Positions 8,609-18,769 of a stretch of 64,000 bases of DNA are shown here, one piece after another; the first letter of the stretch is position 1; every line of letters starts with the position of its first letter. Origin of the DNA: Candidatus Bathyarchaeia archaeon. Lineage in GTDB: Archaea > Thermoproteota > Bathyarchaeia > Bathyarchaeales > Bathycorpusculaceae. The stretch is taken from the NCBI GenBank assembly GCA_038868255.1, contig JAWCTJ010000002.1, positions 656 to 64,655 on the forward strand, given 5' to 3'. A program made the translations under genes and the position numbers. Below the pieces are notes generated by a model, which was not told where the DNA came from, did no database searches, and saw nothing but the letters and a program-made list of their open reading frames with translations.

Positions 8609-9955
8609 CTAATCTTTTCGAAGTTTTGCTATGAAAAATCCATTACATGCGTGAATATGCGGGTAAAGTCTCCTGCATTTTTCCAGTCCTCTAAGTCCAG
8701 GCACGCCCATGTCAAGTTCTATTTCGGAAAGGGTGAATTCAGGATGCAATTTAAGGAAGCGTTCAATAAGCATCTCATTCTCCTCTACCGTTATGCTGCA
8801 TGTTGAATATGCTAGTGTACCTCCGGATTTAACTTTTTCCGCTGCATTCTCAAGCATTTGCCACTGTAGCTCAGCCATCTTATCAATGGAGCGTGGCTTA
8901 AGCCTCCACTTAGCTGAGGGAAGCCTTGCAAAGGTTCCGGTGCTTGTGCATGGCGGATCCAGAATCACAAGATCCGCCTCTAACTTTAATGGTATCGGAT
9001 TGCATGCATCGGCGATAAGCGGTTGCGCTATTTTAACGCCCATCCTAGAGACTTCATCGGTCCAGACATCCATCCTTCGCCTCGAATAGTCTAGGGAATA
9101 AATTGCACCTTTGTTCTGCATGAGCTGTGCGATGTATGTGGTTTTTGAACCAGGTGCAGCACATATGTCTAAAACAACCATGTCAGCCTTGGGGTCCGCT
9201 GCCTCCGCTGCAAAGCAGCTTGCCTTGTCCTGAATATAAAATAGCCCTTTTTGATAGCTTTTGGTTCTAATCAGCGGATTCTTCGAACTTAAAACTTTGT
9301 ATGCGAACCTTAATCCCTCAACCTTCTCAATGGCTATGCCGTCATCAGCTAATCTTTTCAGAATTTCATCCTCGTCTCCTTTGAGAGTGTTCAGCCTTAT
9401 GTAGGTTGGCGGTGGCTCTAAGCTCGCCTCAAGTAGCGCTATAGTTTCCATTCTTCCAAAGAGCTTAAAACAGTATCTGACGAACCATGTAGGGTGAAAT
9501 GTCATAAGTCCAATTCTCTCTTCATCACCTAAGTCCCTGATGATCCTCTGCGGGTTCTCCGTCAGAAGCAATCCGAGGATAGGCTCGACTTCTCTAAGAG
9601 CCTTCCATCCAAGAATTGATCGTGCAAGATTTGCTATTTCTTTAGCTTCCTCAATATCCACTTTTTTCCATCCATTAAGTATTCTCGTTTGGTACACATA
9701 GAGCCTCAAGAAAGACTGCACCCCAACAGTAAACGTCGAAAGGGAACGGGGCTTCAAAATCTCGTTGATAAATCTGTCTATAAGGTTACGGCGTCTAACC
9801 GTTTCATATACCAGCCTATTAGCAAGGCGCAAAGCATCTAAGTTATCTATATCCAACTGCTTAGCAGTTCTAGCCAGAGCTAAATGTTCATTGATTTTCT
9901 GAGTTTCCATCCAGCTTAAGGCTTCGATTGCAACGGTCCAAGCTTCCCTGAGCAA
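8609..9955 (-). CDS. NOL1/NOP2/Sun-family RNA cytosine-C5 methyltransferase with an N-terminal NusB-like domain
   Basis: SAM motif DICAAPGSKT and catalytic Cys motifs ILDPPCTSTG and AYSTCS; 448 aa. Confidence 0.85.
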   Translation of the reverse strand: MLREAWTVAIEALSWMETQKINEHLALARTAKQLDIDNLDALRLANRLVYETVRRRNLIDRFINEILKPRSLSTFTVGVQSFLRLYVYQTRILNGWKKVDIEEAKEIANLARSILGWKALREVEPILGLLLTENPQRIIRDLGDEERIGLMTFHPTWFVRYCFKLFGRMETIALLEASLEPPPTYIRLNTLKGDEDEILKRLADDGIAIEKVEGLRFAYKVLSSKNPLIRTKSYQKGLFYIQDKASCFAAEAADPKADMVVLDICAAPGSKTTYIAQLMQNKGAIYSLDYSRRRMDVWTDEVSRMGVKIAQPLIADACNPIPLKLEADLVILDPPCTSTGTFARLPSAKWRLKPRSIDKMAELQWQMLENAAEKVKSGGTLAYSTCSITVEENEMLIERFLKLHPEFTLSEIELDMGVPGLRGLEKCRRLYPHIHACNGFFIAKLRKD

Positions 9956-10025
9956 TTCAGCACTTCCCGGGCAGCTGTGCTAGTAAAACTTTAGTCTACC
10001 CGGCTCATATTAAAGGTTGGGCTAG

Positions 10026-12713
10026 ATGAAGATTATGACGCAGAAGCGGCTCGATGAGTTCTACTCTCCAAAAACATCCACTCATGGAGAAATCAAAGCA
10101 GAAGCTCCGCCCCTTGTGGATCAAGCGGGAAAGAAGGGTGTTCAAGGATACCCGCCTATAGCCCCTGAGAACTTGCCGCCCTCATACTTTGTTTCCGCTA
10201 CCTATGACGGTAAAAAGGGAAAAGTTCTGATCAAGTTGTATGAGCCGTCATCTGCGAAAATTTACTTTTGGTATGATAACACTGGGCATAAGCCCTACTG
10301 CTTCACTAATCTTTCCCCTTATGAGCTTGAGAAAATAGAACGTCTCATGAATCATCCTGGACTAAGCCACTTCGAAATTGTCGAGAAATTTGATCCGTTG
10401 TTGGAGAAGCCGATAAAAGTTACCAAAGTTGTGGCTAAGGATCCGCTGGCCATCGGAGGTCGACCGAAGGGCTGCATCCGGGATATTATTCCCGAGGATT
10501 TTCCGAGGATTTCTAATGTCCCCATGTCTCCGGAGAACGTTAAGGTATGGGAGGCCAAGATAAAGTACTATCAGTCCTACATTTATGACATGGATCTTTA
10601 CCCCGGCATGATCTATGAGGTTAAAGATGGAAAACTCGTCCTCAAACGCTTAGAGAACTCCGAGAAAATGATTGCCGGCCTAAAAAGCGCTTTCAAGGAA
10701 GCATCACCTGAGGAGCTTGAATACATCGAAATGTGGGCGAGACTTCTGGAGTACCCTGCACCCAAGTTTCGATACGCTGCCATGGACATAGAGGTATGCA
10801 CACCAGTAGCCACAAGAATGCCTGACCCCCGTGAAGCCGCCTACCCGGTTGTTTGCGTATCATTCTACGGCTCAGACGGTTTGAAGAAAGTTATGCTTCT
10901 CAAACGTGAGGGTGTTAATGAGGGCGAAGAAAAACTTCCGAGCGACGTGGAAATGCAGTATTTCAACTCTGAAGAGAGCCTTCTAAGGGCTGTTTTCGAA
11001 GTTTTATGGGATTACCCCTTCATCCTCACGTTTAATGGTGACGACTTCGACCTTAGGTACTTAACCCATAGAGCCGAGAACCATGGCTTTAAGAGAAATG
11101 AGATTCCCATAGAAGTAGGCAAGAGGGTTTGCCTATTAAAGTATGGCGTACACATTGATCTCTACAAGTTCTTCTTCAACCGCTCCATACAGGTCTACGC
11201 CTTCGGAAACCGGTACAGAGATGTGACTTTAGACGAGGTTGGCAGAACTCTACTAGGGCTTGAAAAGATACCGCTGGATAAAGGCATAGGCGAACTAACG
11301 TATACCGAGCTTGCCCGGTACTGCTTCAGGGACGCAGAGATAACCTATAAGCTTGCAAGCTTCGATGATGAACTCGTTCTAAAGCTTATCTTGGTTCTTT
11401 CACGAATAAGCGCCATGCCCATGGAGGATGTTAGCCGCCAGGGAGTTTCACGCTGGATAAGAAATTTCATGCATCGCGAACATCGCAGAAGAGGTTACCT
11501 AATACCCAACGCTGAGGATATACTTGTTCTGAAGGGTAAAACCGCCACGAGGGCAATAATTAAAGGTAAGAAGTACAAGGGCGCCATAGTTGTTGAACCC
11601 GTTCCAGGCGTCCACTTCAACGTGGCAGTTATGGACTTTCCAAGCCTATATCCCTCTATAATCAAAATCTGGAACTTGGGGTACCAGTCAATCTTATGCC
11701 TCCATGAGGAGTGTCGTCGAAATCTTATTCCTGATACACCCCACTGGGTTTGCAGTAAGAAACGCGCCTTGGAGAGCCTTCTAATAGGAGCCCTCCGAGA
11801 TCTTAGAGTTGCATGGTACAAGCCTAAATCAAAGGATAAAACGCTGCTAACTGAGCTTAGAAGCTGGTATAACATAATCCAAGGTGCACTTAAAGTGATT
11901 TTAAACGCCAGTTATGGAGTTTTCGGAGCGGAATCTTTCGATCTATACTGTCCGCCCGTAGCAGAAGCTACTGCTGCAATTGGAAGACATACAATAACGA
12001 GAATAATTGAGAAGGCGGGCGAGTTGGGCATACAAGTGCTTTATGGAGACACGGACAGTGTTTTCTTGAAAAACCCGACTCAAGCGCAAGTTCATGCCCT
12101 TGAAGAGTGGACGGAAAGGGAGCTTAACATGAGTCTTGACGTGGATAAAGTATACCGCTATGTAGTCTTCAGCTCGAGAAAGAAGAATTATCTTGGAGTC
12201 ATGGATGATGGAGCAGTTGACGTTAAGGGCTTAACGGGCAAGAAGCGTCACATACCACCATTTATAAAAAAGGCTTTTGAGAAGATGAAAGAAGCCTTGT
12301 CTAAAGTGAAATCTCCAACGGACTTTGAAAATGCTAAAATGGAAATAATACAAATCATACGCGACTGGTACACGCGGCTGAAGCGTCGAGAATGGGAAAA
12401 CATTCAGGAGCTCGCCTTTAATGTGGTTTTAGGCGAAGAAATCGATCGCTATACGAAGACCACCCCGCAACACGTGAAGGCTGCAAGAATCCTCCAAAGC
12501 GCGGGCGTTGAGCTTAGGGCCGGAGACCTAATAAGCTTCGTTAAGGTGATCCATGAGCCTCACGTGAAACCTGTTATGCTTGCCACTAAAAATGAGATAG
12601 ATGTGGATAAGTATGTTGATTATCTTCGCTCGACCTTCGAGCAAGTTTTAGACGCCTTAGGCTTAGAATTTGACGAGGTAATAGGACTCACAAAACTTGA
12701 GCGCTTCATGTAA
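10026..12713 (+). CDS. polB: Family B DNA polymerase
   Basis: Exo I AMDIEV, motif A DFPSLYPSII, motif B KVILNASYGVFG and motif C LYGDTDSVF. At 895 aa there is no room for an intein. Confidence 0.95.
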   Translation: MKIMTQKRLDEFYSPKTSTHGEIKAEAPPLVDQAGKKGVQGYPPIAPENLPPSYFVSATYDGKKGKVLIKLYEPSSAKIYFWYDNTGHKPYCFTNLSPYELEKIERLMNHPGLSHFEIVEKFDPLLEKPIKVTKVVAKDPLAIGGRPKGCIRDIIPEDFPRISNVPMSPENVKVWEAKIKYYQSYIYDMDLYPGMIYEVKDGKLVLKRLENSEKMIAGLKSAFKEASPEELEYIEMWARLLEYPAPKFRYAAMDIEVCTPVATRMPDPREAAYPVVCVSFYGSDGLKKVMLLKREGVNEGEEKLPSDVEMQYFNSEESLLRAVFEVLWDYPFILTFNGDDFDLRYLTHRAENHGFKRNEIPIEVGKRVCLLKYGVHIDLYKFFFNRSIQVYAFGNRYRDVTLDEVGRTLLGLEKIPLDKGIGELTYTELARYCFRDAEITYKLASFDDELVLKLILVLSRISAMPMEDVSRQGVSRWIRNFMHREHRRRGYLIPNAEDILVLKGKTATRAIIKGKKYKGAIVVEPVPGVHFNVAVMDFPSLYPSIIKIWNLGYQSILCLHEECRRNLIPDTPHWVCSKKRALESLLIGALRDLRVAWYKPKSKDKTLLTELRSWYNIIQGALKVILNASYGVFGAESFDLYCPPVAEATAAIGRHTITRIIEKAGELGIQVLYGDTDSVFLKNPTQAQVHALEEWTERELNMSLDVDKVYRYVVFSSRKKNYLGVMDDGAVDVKGLTGKKRHIPPFIKKAFEKMKEALSKVKSPTDFENAKMEIIQIIRDWYTRLKRREWENIQELAFNVVLGEEIDRYTKTTPQHVKAARILQSAGVELRAGDLISFVKVIHEPHVKPVMLATKNEIDVDKYVDYLRSTFEQVLDALGLEFDEVIGLTKLERFM

Positions 12714-12941
12714 AGAGGTCCATCTGATATAACCCGTGGGATTTCTCTCGGATGAATCTGAAGAAGCCAAAATTAACCTTGAAAGTATTATTATTGCTTT
12801 TAAGGTACGTTAAGAATTAATGTCGCGATAACCGATGATAACAGATTCAACGAACCCTGCAAATACCTCTATAAAATATGTCATTACTCTATCTGAAATT
12901 TGCTGGGGTTCCTTATTTTTAATCACTTAGGTTATGCACGT

Positions 12942-13811
12942 TTAGAATGCCATTTGGATAAGCACGGCAGCTAGGGTTGATGCGGCTACAAGCCCTGCAA
13001 TTACTATGACAACTTGTTTTTCAGTCATTTGTCTACGATATGTTATAAGGGTGATAAGGCTTCTCCTATGGTCTGAAGAAAGCTTTTTTCCATCGAATGA
13101 AACTTTTGCTTTAGTTCCAAAGATAAAGTAGTTGAGCAGTATCAGAGACGAGTTAAGGATATATGGTGCAAGCGAAATCAGCAGGGTCCACTTTAGGTCG
13201 GAAATTATTGCAAAGGCGGCTAGGGTTATTCCAATGGCGAAGGATCCGGTGTTTCCAACGAATATCTTGCCCTGAAAGTTTAAAACGGCCAGCAGAAACC
13301 ATACAGCCAAAGGCGCAAATAGCAATATGGCGTTAGACCATGAAATCAGCATTAATCCAGTGAGGATTATGGCTGGGCAAATTGTTTCTAAACCATTTAG
13401 TCCTCCAAGCTGATTCACAGTGTTAGTAACCACGGTTACAATGATGGGGATCACAATTATAAAGTAATAATTTCCCAGGTCGATTGTTCCAATTATCGGA
13501 AGACCTATGGATGTGCGTACGTATGGAAGTCTATAAGCCAAAGCTGAGAGGGGCACTGCTGCAATTAGCGGCAAAAAAGCCTTATAACGCCATCGTAGAT
13601 CCATCCAGTCATCAAGCAACCCCATGAACCCGCCGAATAATATACACGCCGCTAAGGTTAGCGCTCTAGATGGGATTTGTGGCGTATTGCTCTCAAGAAC
13701 AGCGTGCAGCAGGAATAGGTATACTGTGCTTACCAGTACATAGATTACTCCGAGGCCTGTTGGAACCAATGGTTTTCCAGGCTTATGGTAGTCTGGCGTT
13801 TTAGGGAACAA
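12942..13811 (-). CDS. aglH: Glycosyltransferase family 4 dolichyl-phosphate HexNAc-1-P transferase (MraY/WecA/AglH-like)
   Basis: Polytopic membrane protein with LLDDWMDLRWRYK and NTVNQLGGLNGLE. It lies 13 nt downstream of AglB on the same strand, with a TTG start after GAGGG. Confidence 0.8.
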   Translation of the reverse strand: MFPKTPDYHKPGKPLVPTGLGVIYVLVSTVYLFLLHAVLESNTPQIPSRALTLAACILFGGFMGLLDDWMDLRWRYKAFLPLIAAVPLSALAYRLPYVRTSIGLPIIGTIDLGNYYFIIVIPIIVTVVTNTVNQLGGLNGLETICPAIILTGLMLISWSNAILLFAPLAVWFLLAVLNFQGKIFVGNTGSFAIGITLAAFAIISDLKWTLLISLAPYILNSSLILLNYFIFGTKAKVSFDGKKLSSDHRRSLITLITYRRQMTEKQVVIVIAGLVAASTLAAVLIQMAF

Positions 13812-13824
13812 CCCTCAACCCTTT

Positions 13825-16074
13825 CTATTCTGTGTATTTGATCTTGTACAAGCATACTAGTGGAACTACTCCGCCGTACTTGTATCCATCGTTTTCCAGC
13901 CCGGCTATGTATGCTTCTTCAAAATGGAGCAGCTGAGTTGTCGGTGATGCACCTCCCCTCTGCTCCTGTTTCCAACGCTCCACGGCGTATGTCATCAGTT
14001 TGTATATTGTTGATTCTCGACCTTTGACTGCGGCTACGAGCTCACCGCTGTCAACTTGATTATCCTTGTCTGTATCCGCCCAGTGGGTTCCAAGAGTGTA
14101 GTTCCCAAATAGCTTCCTAACCCCTTCAAAATCATCGGTCCACATTTCCTCTTCAGATATAAAGCCCTGGCTTACAAGGCGGTCGTGGGCTTTACCTGAG
14201 ATCCTCGCCATCCACATCCATTTACCCTCGTCACCGCCGGCGTTTGCAAAATTCCCGTTATAATCTATGGTTACGAAGACTAGCACGTACTCGGCATTAT
14301 ACAATTTCAGCATATTAAGGGCATGCGTTTCATTGGCCATAAATGCGAAACCAATATTTTCTATCTGAGTCGCATTTACCGTTGCATTATCTGCAAGCGA
14401 GGTTACATTTCCAAGTATAGTTAGCCAATACCCATAGTCCCACCAACTACACACCACGGTCGTGCTATTCAGGTTATCTCTTGTCCACTTCAACATGTTA
14501 ATCCATTCCTCCACGGGTACATCAGGCACCAGCGATAGGCTTCCGCCCGATATTGTTGTGGGGGCAATAACCTGCCTGTACACTTTCGGACTTGGAAACG
14601 CGATGTTAGTCATAAGTACAATGAATATTAGAAATATTGCTGCTCCGCTGAACTCTTTACTTACGTGTCCTAAAGCGTACTTTTTCTTCACGCTGATTTT
14701 AGGAGGCTCCTTCAGTAATGTGGCAAAGGGTTTAATCAGCCCATTTACTCCTATCGCTGCTAAAAGACTAAATGCTGGGGCGAAAAGCACAAGTAATCTC
14801 ACCATGGAACAGGCGAAATACAGTGAAGATAAACCAAGAATTATTGCGAATAGGTTTTTGTTGTCAGGGATTCTTAAGGTAAAGAAAATTCCCAGGATGA
14901 AGAATAGTATTCCAATGCCTAAGTCATAATATAGGGAACCCCAAGCGGATATCCGATGTTCCGCCACGGATTCTATAAGCGGCTGAGTTTCCCTTACAAA
15001 GGGGTTTATGACTGAAATGAATTTTCCAGCGATTCCCTGCATGTACCCGCCAAGCCATAGGACTGCAAAACCACCAGTTAACATCACTAAGAATGCCACA
15101 ACTACAACAATTTTCCATTTTGCTGTTGACACACTACTTAGAACTTCAGCGAGGCATAATAGTGCGAATATTCCGGCGACGGGTAGTATGGCGCTGGTCA
15201 TAAGGTAGGTAGGTGAGAGTTTAGGAACATTTATTGCAATAAATAACCCTAAGCCGAAGGTTATGCTGTAAGTGAGAAGAAGCCTGCGGCTGTACCTTTT
15301 AATAATTAATAAAACAAGCGTGTAAAGTGTTACGACCCCTATTGGGAAGTAGGCAGCACCCCAACTCGCATTGAAGTAGCCTAAAACAGCCCCGGAGGCA
15401 AGGGCATATTTAATCGTAGAATTCATCGGCCTATTTTCTTCAATGGATCTAAGGAAGAGAAATGCAAAAACTATCATGGCAAGTATGCCTATTGTCTCGT
15501 CATCAAAGAATCCCACAGAAGTTCTTTGGATATATGAGGGATGCAGCGCCAAGAAAAGGGCTGATAACAGGCCTACAGGTTTCCCGCCGAACTCTTTCCC
15601 TAAAAAGTACATCGCCAGGGATGCAAGCATCCCCATTATAGCTGGGAAGAGTGCGCAGAAACTCATCAGGTCTATTCCTACACCCAAAGTGGAAATAATG
15701 CTATACAGAAAGGCTGCGGTGAGCGGTAACCCTGGGTAACCTGCTTTCGCAACGTTTATTCCGCTTGGGTACCATCGTTGATAATCAATCCACTGGTTTG
15801 GCCAAACCCATGAGAGGAAGCCGTTTTTGACGATGTATTCTGTGAAGCGGTATTGGAAGTATGGGTCAAACTCAGAGAGAAGCAGATTCGATTTGCCTGA
15901 TGATGGATCTATTTCCCATCTTACGGGGAAAAGCCGTATGGCAAAGGCAATGAATAATATGATGATTAATGCTGTGAACGTTATGACTGACGAATGACCC
16001 AGTTTTGGACGTATTTTTCCGAGGTTTTTGATAGCGTTAAAGATTCTTTCTTTTTTGGGTTTTTCAGTTTGCAT
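13825..16074 (-). CDS. aglB: Oligosaccharyltransferase AglB (STT3 homolog)
   Basis: 749 aa with about 13 N-terminal TM helices followed by the WWDYGYW motif (SWWDYGYWL) and a soluble C-terminal domain. Confidence 0.95.
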   Translation of the reverse strand: MQTEKPKKERIFNAIKNLGKIRPKLGHSSVITFTALIIILFIAFAIRLFPVRWEIDPSSGKSNLLLSEFDPYFQYRFTEYIVKNGFLSWVWPNQWIDYQRWYPSGINVAKAGYPGLPLTAAFLYSIISTLGVGIDLMSFCALFPAIMGMLASLAMYFLGKEFGGKPVGLLSALFLALHPSYIQRTSVGFFDDETIGILAMIVFAFLFLRSIEENRPMNSTIKYALASGAVLGYFNASWGAAYFPIGVVTLYTLVLLIIKRYSRRLLLTYSITFGLGLFIAINVPKLSPTYLMTSAILPVAGIFALLCLAEVLSSVSTAKWKIVVVVAFLVMLTGGFAVLWLGGYMQGIAGKFISVINPFVRETQPLIESVAEHRISAWGSLYYDLGIGILFFILGIFFTLRIPDNKNLFAIILGLSSLYFACSMVRLLVLFAPAFSLLAAIGVNGLIKPFATLLKEPPKISVKKKYALGHVSKEFSGAAIFLIFIVLMTNIAFPSPKVYRQVIAPTTISGGSLSLVPDVPVEEWINMLKWTRDNLNSTTVVCSWWDYGYWLTILGNVTSLADNATVNATQIENIGFAFMANETHALNMLKLYNAEYVLVFVTIDYNGNFANAGGDEGKWMWMARISGKAHDRLVSQGFISEEEMWTDDFEGVRKLFGNYTLGTHWADTDKDNQVDSGELVAAVKGRESTIYKLMTYAVERWKQEQRGGASPTTQLLHFEEAYIAGLENDGYKYGGVVPLVCLYKIKYTE

Positions 16075-16154
16075 TTGAGCTTCGCCTATTTATTGGTTAT
16101 GAAAGCGCCGTATTCCTTTATTTTTCTTGCGGTTAATTCTATCTATGGTGGAAG

Positions 16155-16319
16155 CTATTTACATGGTTTAATATCAACATTTACTGGTATAAGTGCAAGT
16201 TTTCGGCCACATTTTGGGCATTTTCCATCATATTTGCTGATGATCTCGTCTGGAGGCTTCAGATCAACTCCCTCATACAATAAGTGGCCACATTGATTAC
16301 ATGTAACACGTTGAGGCAA
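16155..16319 (-). CDS. Small zinc-ribbon protein (54 aa)
   Basis: TTG start 7 nt after GGAGGG. Translates to (M)PQRVTCNQCGHLLYEGVDLKPPDEIISKYDGKCPKCGRKLALIPVNVDIKPCK*, with CxxC-x23-CxxC. It is below the ORF-track cut-off, and the 100-aa plus-strand ORF at 15994..16296 overlapping it looks spurious. Confidence 0.5.
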   Translation of the reverse strand: MPQRVTCNQCGHLLYEGVDLKPPDEIISKYDGKCPKCGRKLALIPVNVDIKPCK

Positions 16320-16466
16320 ATTTAGCCCTCCATTATTCAGTCAGATAAAATGGGAAATAGCTTCCGTGATATTTATTGTTGCTGGTAGGCTTCATTCAAT
16401 ACCTTATCGAGAAACTTTTAACTACTTTGCGAGCTATCTCTACAATTCAATTCAAGGTATTGAGCT

Positions 16467-18545
16467 ATGGGCAATCACATACTCATCGTAACGGAGAAGC
16501 CTGATGCTGCTCAAAGAATAGCTGCTGCCCTTGACCTAAATGGTAAAGCAAAAAAGGTTGAGGATAAGGGTGTCCCTTATTTCATAGCTGAGCGTGGTAA
16601 GCAGATAATTGTAGTTCCCGCAATTGGGCATCTCTACACAGTTGCTGAGGAAAAAACTGGTAGAAATTATTACCCCGTATTTCATTTCAGGTGGGTGCCT
16701 CGTTATGTTGCTGAGAAGGGCGCTGGGCATATCCGTGCTTGGCTGGAGACTATTTCAAAGCTGGCGGAAAATGCCGAAATGTACATCGACGCTTGTGACT
16801 ATGATATTGAGGGCAGCATCATAGGGTATACCCTTCTGAAATATGCATGTGGAAACAAAGAGGCAGTAGCGAGAAGGATGAAATACTCCACACTAACAAG
16901 GGAAGAGCTTGAAAATGCTTATGAATCGCTGTTGCCAACTCTGGATTTCAGTCTCATAGAGGCTGGAAGGGCACGTCACGAGGTTGATTGGCTTTATGGT
17001 GTCAACCTCTCAAGAGCCTTAACGATTGCCGCTAAGGATTGGAGCGGACGTTATGCCACTATAAGCACCGGAAGAGTTCAAGGGCCCACTTTAAGTTTTC
17101 TTGTAGCAAGAGAGAAAGCAATCAGAAGCTTTGTGCCAACTCCTTACTGGTGCATCAGGGCTGAAGTTGAAATAGAAAACCAGGTTTTCGAGGCGGAATA
17201 TACCAGGGATGCTATAGAAATAAGAAAAGAGGCTGAGGCCATCCTGTCTGAGTGCAAAGAAGGTTCCGGTGTCGTAGAGGCTGTTGAGCTGAAACAATTT
17301 CAGCAAGCACCTCCAACGCCCTTTGACATAGGTTCTCTGCAGAGTGAAGCCTACACCCTATTCGGGTATACCCCTAAACGCACACTTGACATCGCCCAGC
17401 GTCTATACCTTGACGCATTGATTTCTTATCCGAGAACGAGTAGCCAAAAGCTTCCCCCGTCAATAAACTATAGGGATGTGCTTGTTGGGCTGAAAGGGAT
17501 TTCGGAGTATAAGGAACTTGCAAATGAGCTTTTAAATAAGGAAGAATTGAAGCCAAGCGAAGGTGACAAGGAGGATCCAGCGCATCCAGCAATATACCCC
17601 ACCGGAAAGCTTCCGGAAAGAACATTAGATGATGCGGAAAGGCGTATTTGGGATCTTATTGTTCGTCGCTTTATGGCCGTATTCGCTGGACCAGCTCGTA
17701 GACAGAGCGTAAAAGTTAGGATCAATGTGAATGGACACATTTTCTACTTGAGAGGTAGACAAACCCTTGTAGATGGCTGGCTACGTTTCTATGGCCCCTA
17801 CGTCAGGTCAGAGGAAGTTTTGTTGCCAGCAATAAGCGAAGGGCAGAAAATAAGGATAAAAAGGATAATCCTTGAGGATAAATTCACTAGGCCCCCTCCC
17901 AGATATAATCCGGGCAGCCTCCTAAAGGAGATGGAGAGCGCCGGAATAGGGACTAAGGCGACGAGGGCGGACATTATACAGACTCTTTATGATAGGAAAT
18001 ATGTTCGTGACGAGAGGATGGTTGTAACCGATTTGGGCTTCGAGGTTCTTGAAGTTCTCCAAAAGAACTGCCCAACAATAGTGTCAGTGGAGTTGACTAG
18101 AAATCTTGAAGAGAAAATGGATAAGATCCAAGCTAAACTTGAGAGAAGGGAAAATGTGATCCTGGAAGCTATTGAAATCCTGAAACCTGTAGTTGAGAAG
18201 TTGAAAACCAAAGAAACAGCAATTGGCGAACAGTTAAGCTACGCAATTAAGAAGGCTAGGATCGAAGAGCGTACAATTGGAACATGCCCGGTGTGCGGCA
18301 ACGGCCTCCTAATGGTTCTGTACTCGAGAAAAACTGGTAAACGTTTTGTTGGATGTACAAACTTTTTTAAGGGATTGTGTAGGGCATCTTTTCCGCTGCC
18401 TCAGAAAGGAAGTGTTACACCATCAGGTAAAACCTGCCGTGAGTGTGGCTGGCCTACAGTTCAAGTCAAGATTAGGGGAAAGCGTCCTTGGATGCTTTGT
18501 TTTAACCCGAAGTGTCCATCAAGAGGAGGGTCTGATGGTCAATGA
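16467..18545 (+). CDS. topA: Type IA DNA topoisomerase (archaeal TopA/Topo III-like) with C-terminal zinc ribbons
   Basis: Toprim motifs IVTEKPDAA and CDYDIEGS, active-site Tyr motif ISYPRTSSQKLP, and C-terminal CPVCG...CTNF / CRECG...NPKCP. Confidence 0.9.
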   Translation: MGNHILIVTEKPDAAQRIAAALDLNGKAKKVEDKGVPYFIAERGKQIIVVPAIGHLYTVAEEKTGRNYYPVFHFRWVPRYVAEKGAGHIRAWLETISKLAENAEMYIDACDYDIEGSIIGYTLLKYACGNKEAVARRMKYSTLTREELENAYESLLPTLDFSLIEAGRARHEVDWLYGVNLSRALTIAAKDWSGRYATISTGRVQGPTLSFLVAREKAIRSFVPTPYWCIRAEVEIENQVFEAEYTRDAIEIRKEAEAILSECKEGSGVVEAVELKQFQQAPPTPFDIGSLQSEAYTLFGYTPKRTLDIAQRLYLDALISYPRTSSQKLPPSINYRDVLVGLKGISEYKELANELLNKEELKPSEGDKEDPAHPAIYPTGKLPERTLDDAERRIWDLIVRRFMAVFAGPARRQSVKVRINVNGHIFYLRGRQTLVDGWLRFYGPYVRSEEVLLPAISEGQKIRIKRIILEDKFTRPPPRYNPGSLLKEMESAGIGTKATRADIIQTLYDRKYVRDERMVVTDLGFEVLEVLQKNCPTIVSVELTRNLEEKMDKIQAKLERRENVILEAIEILKPVVEKLKTKETAIGEQLSYAIKKARIEERTIGTCPVCGNGLLMVLYSRKTGKRFVGCTNFFKGLCRASFPLPQKGSVTPSGKTCRECGWPTVQVKIRGKRPWMLCFNPKCPSRGGSDGQ

Positions 18546-18769
18546 AGTGCGCATTATGTGAAAGGGAGGCTCTTAAGAATGGATACTGCGACCTGCATGG
18601 TTCAGCTTATGAAAATGTTGTAAAAAGTTATGAACTCTGGAAGAAAGCTCTAAACATTTCTTGGAAAGAATATTTAAGTGAGATTGTGAAAAATCCTTTA
18701 ACAGGTGAATGGGCTAAGGAAGTTGCGGAGCACCTGATCAAAAAAGAGGCGAATGAGAGTGGTGCATAA
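18542..18769 (+). CDS. Small conserved-looking hypothetical protein with an N-terminal Cys/His knuckle
   Basis: 75 aa, MKCALCEREALKNGYCDLHG.... Its ATG overlaps the topA stop (ATGA), suggesting translational coupling. Confidence 0.5.
   Translation: MKCALCEREALKNGYCDLHGSAYENVVKSYELWKKALNISWKEYLSEIVKNPLTGEWAKEVAEHLIKKEANESGA

Noticed and set aside
12714-12941. 228-bp convergent spacer after polB with tiny ORFs (for example MNLKKPKLTLKVLLLLLRYVKN)
   Set aside because: The ORFs are under 25 codons, lack SDs and are not cysteine- or motif-bearing. This is probably a terminator region for both convergent genes.
14462-14929. 155-aa plus-strand ORF, with several others (14924..15118, 15008..15208, 15443..15739), inside aglB
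   Set aside because: These lie antisense to a gene with clear STT3 motifs, have low-complexity translations and no SD. They are shadow ORFs.
15994-16296. 100-aa plus-strand ORF between aglB and topA
   Set aside because: It overlaps the aglB start, has no SD and gives a featureless translation. The minus strand holds an SD-led zinc-ribbon ORF that explains the open frame better.
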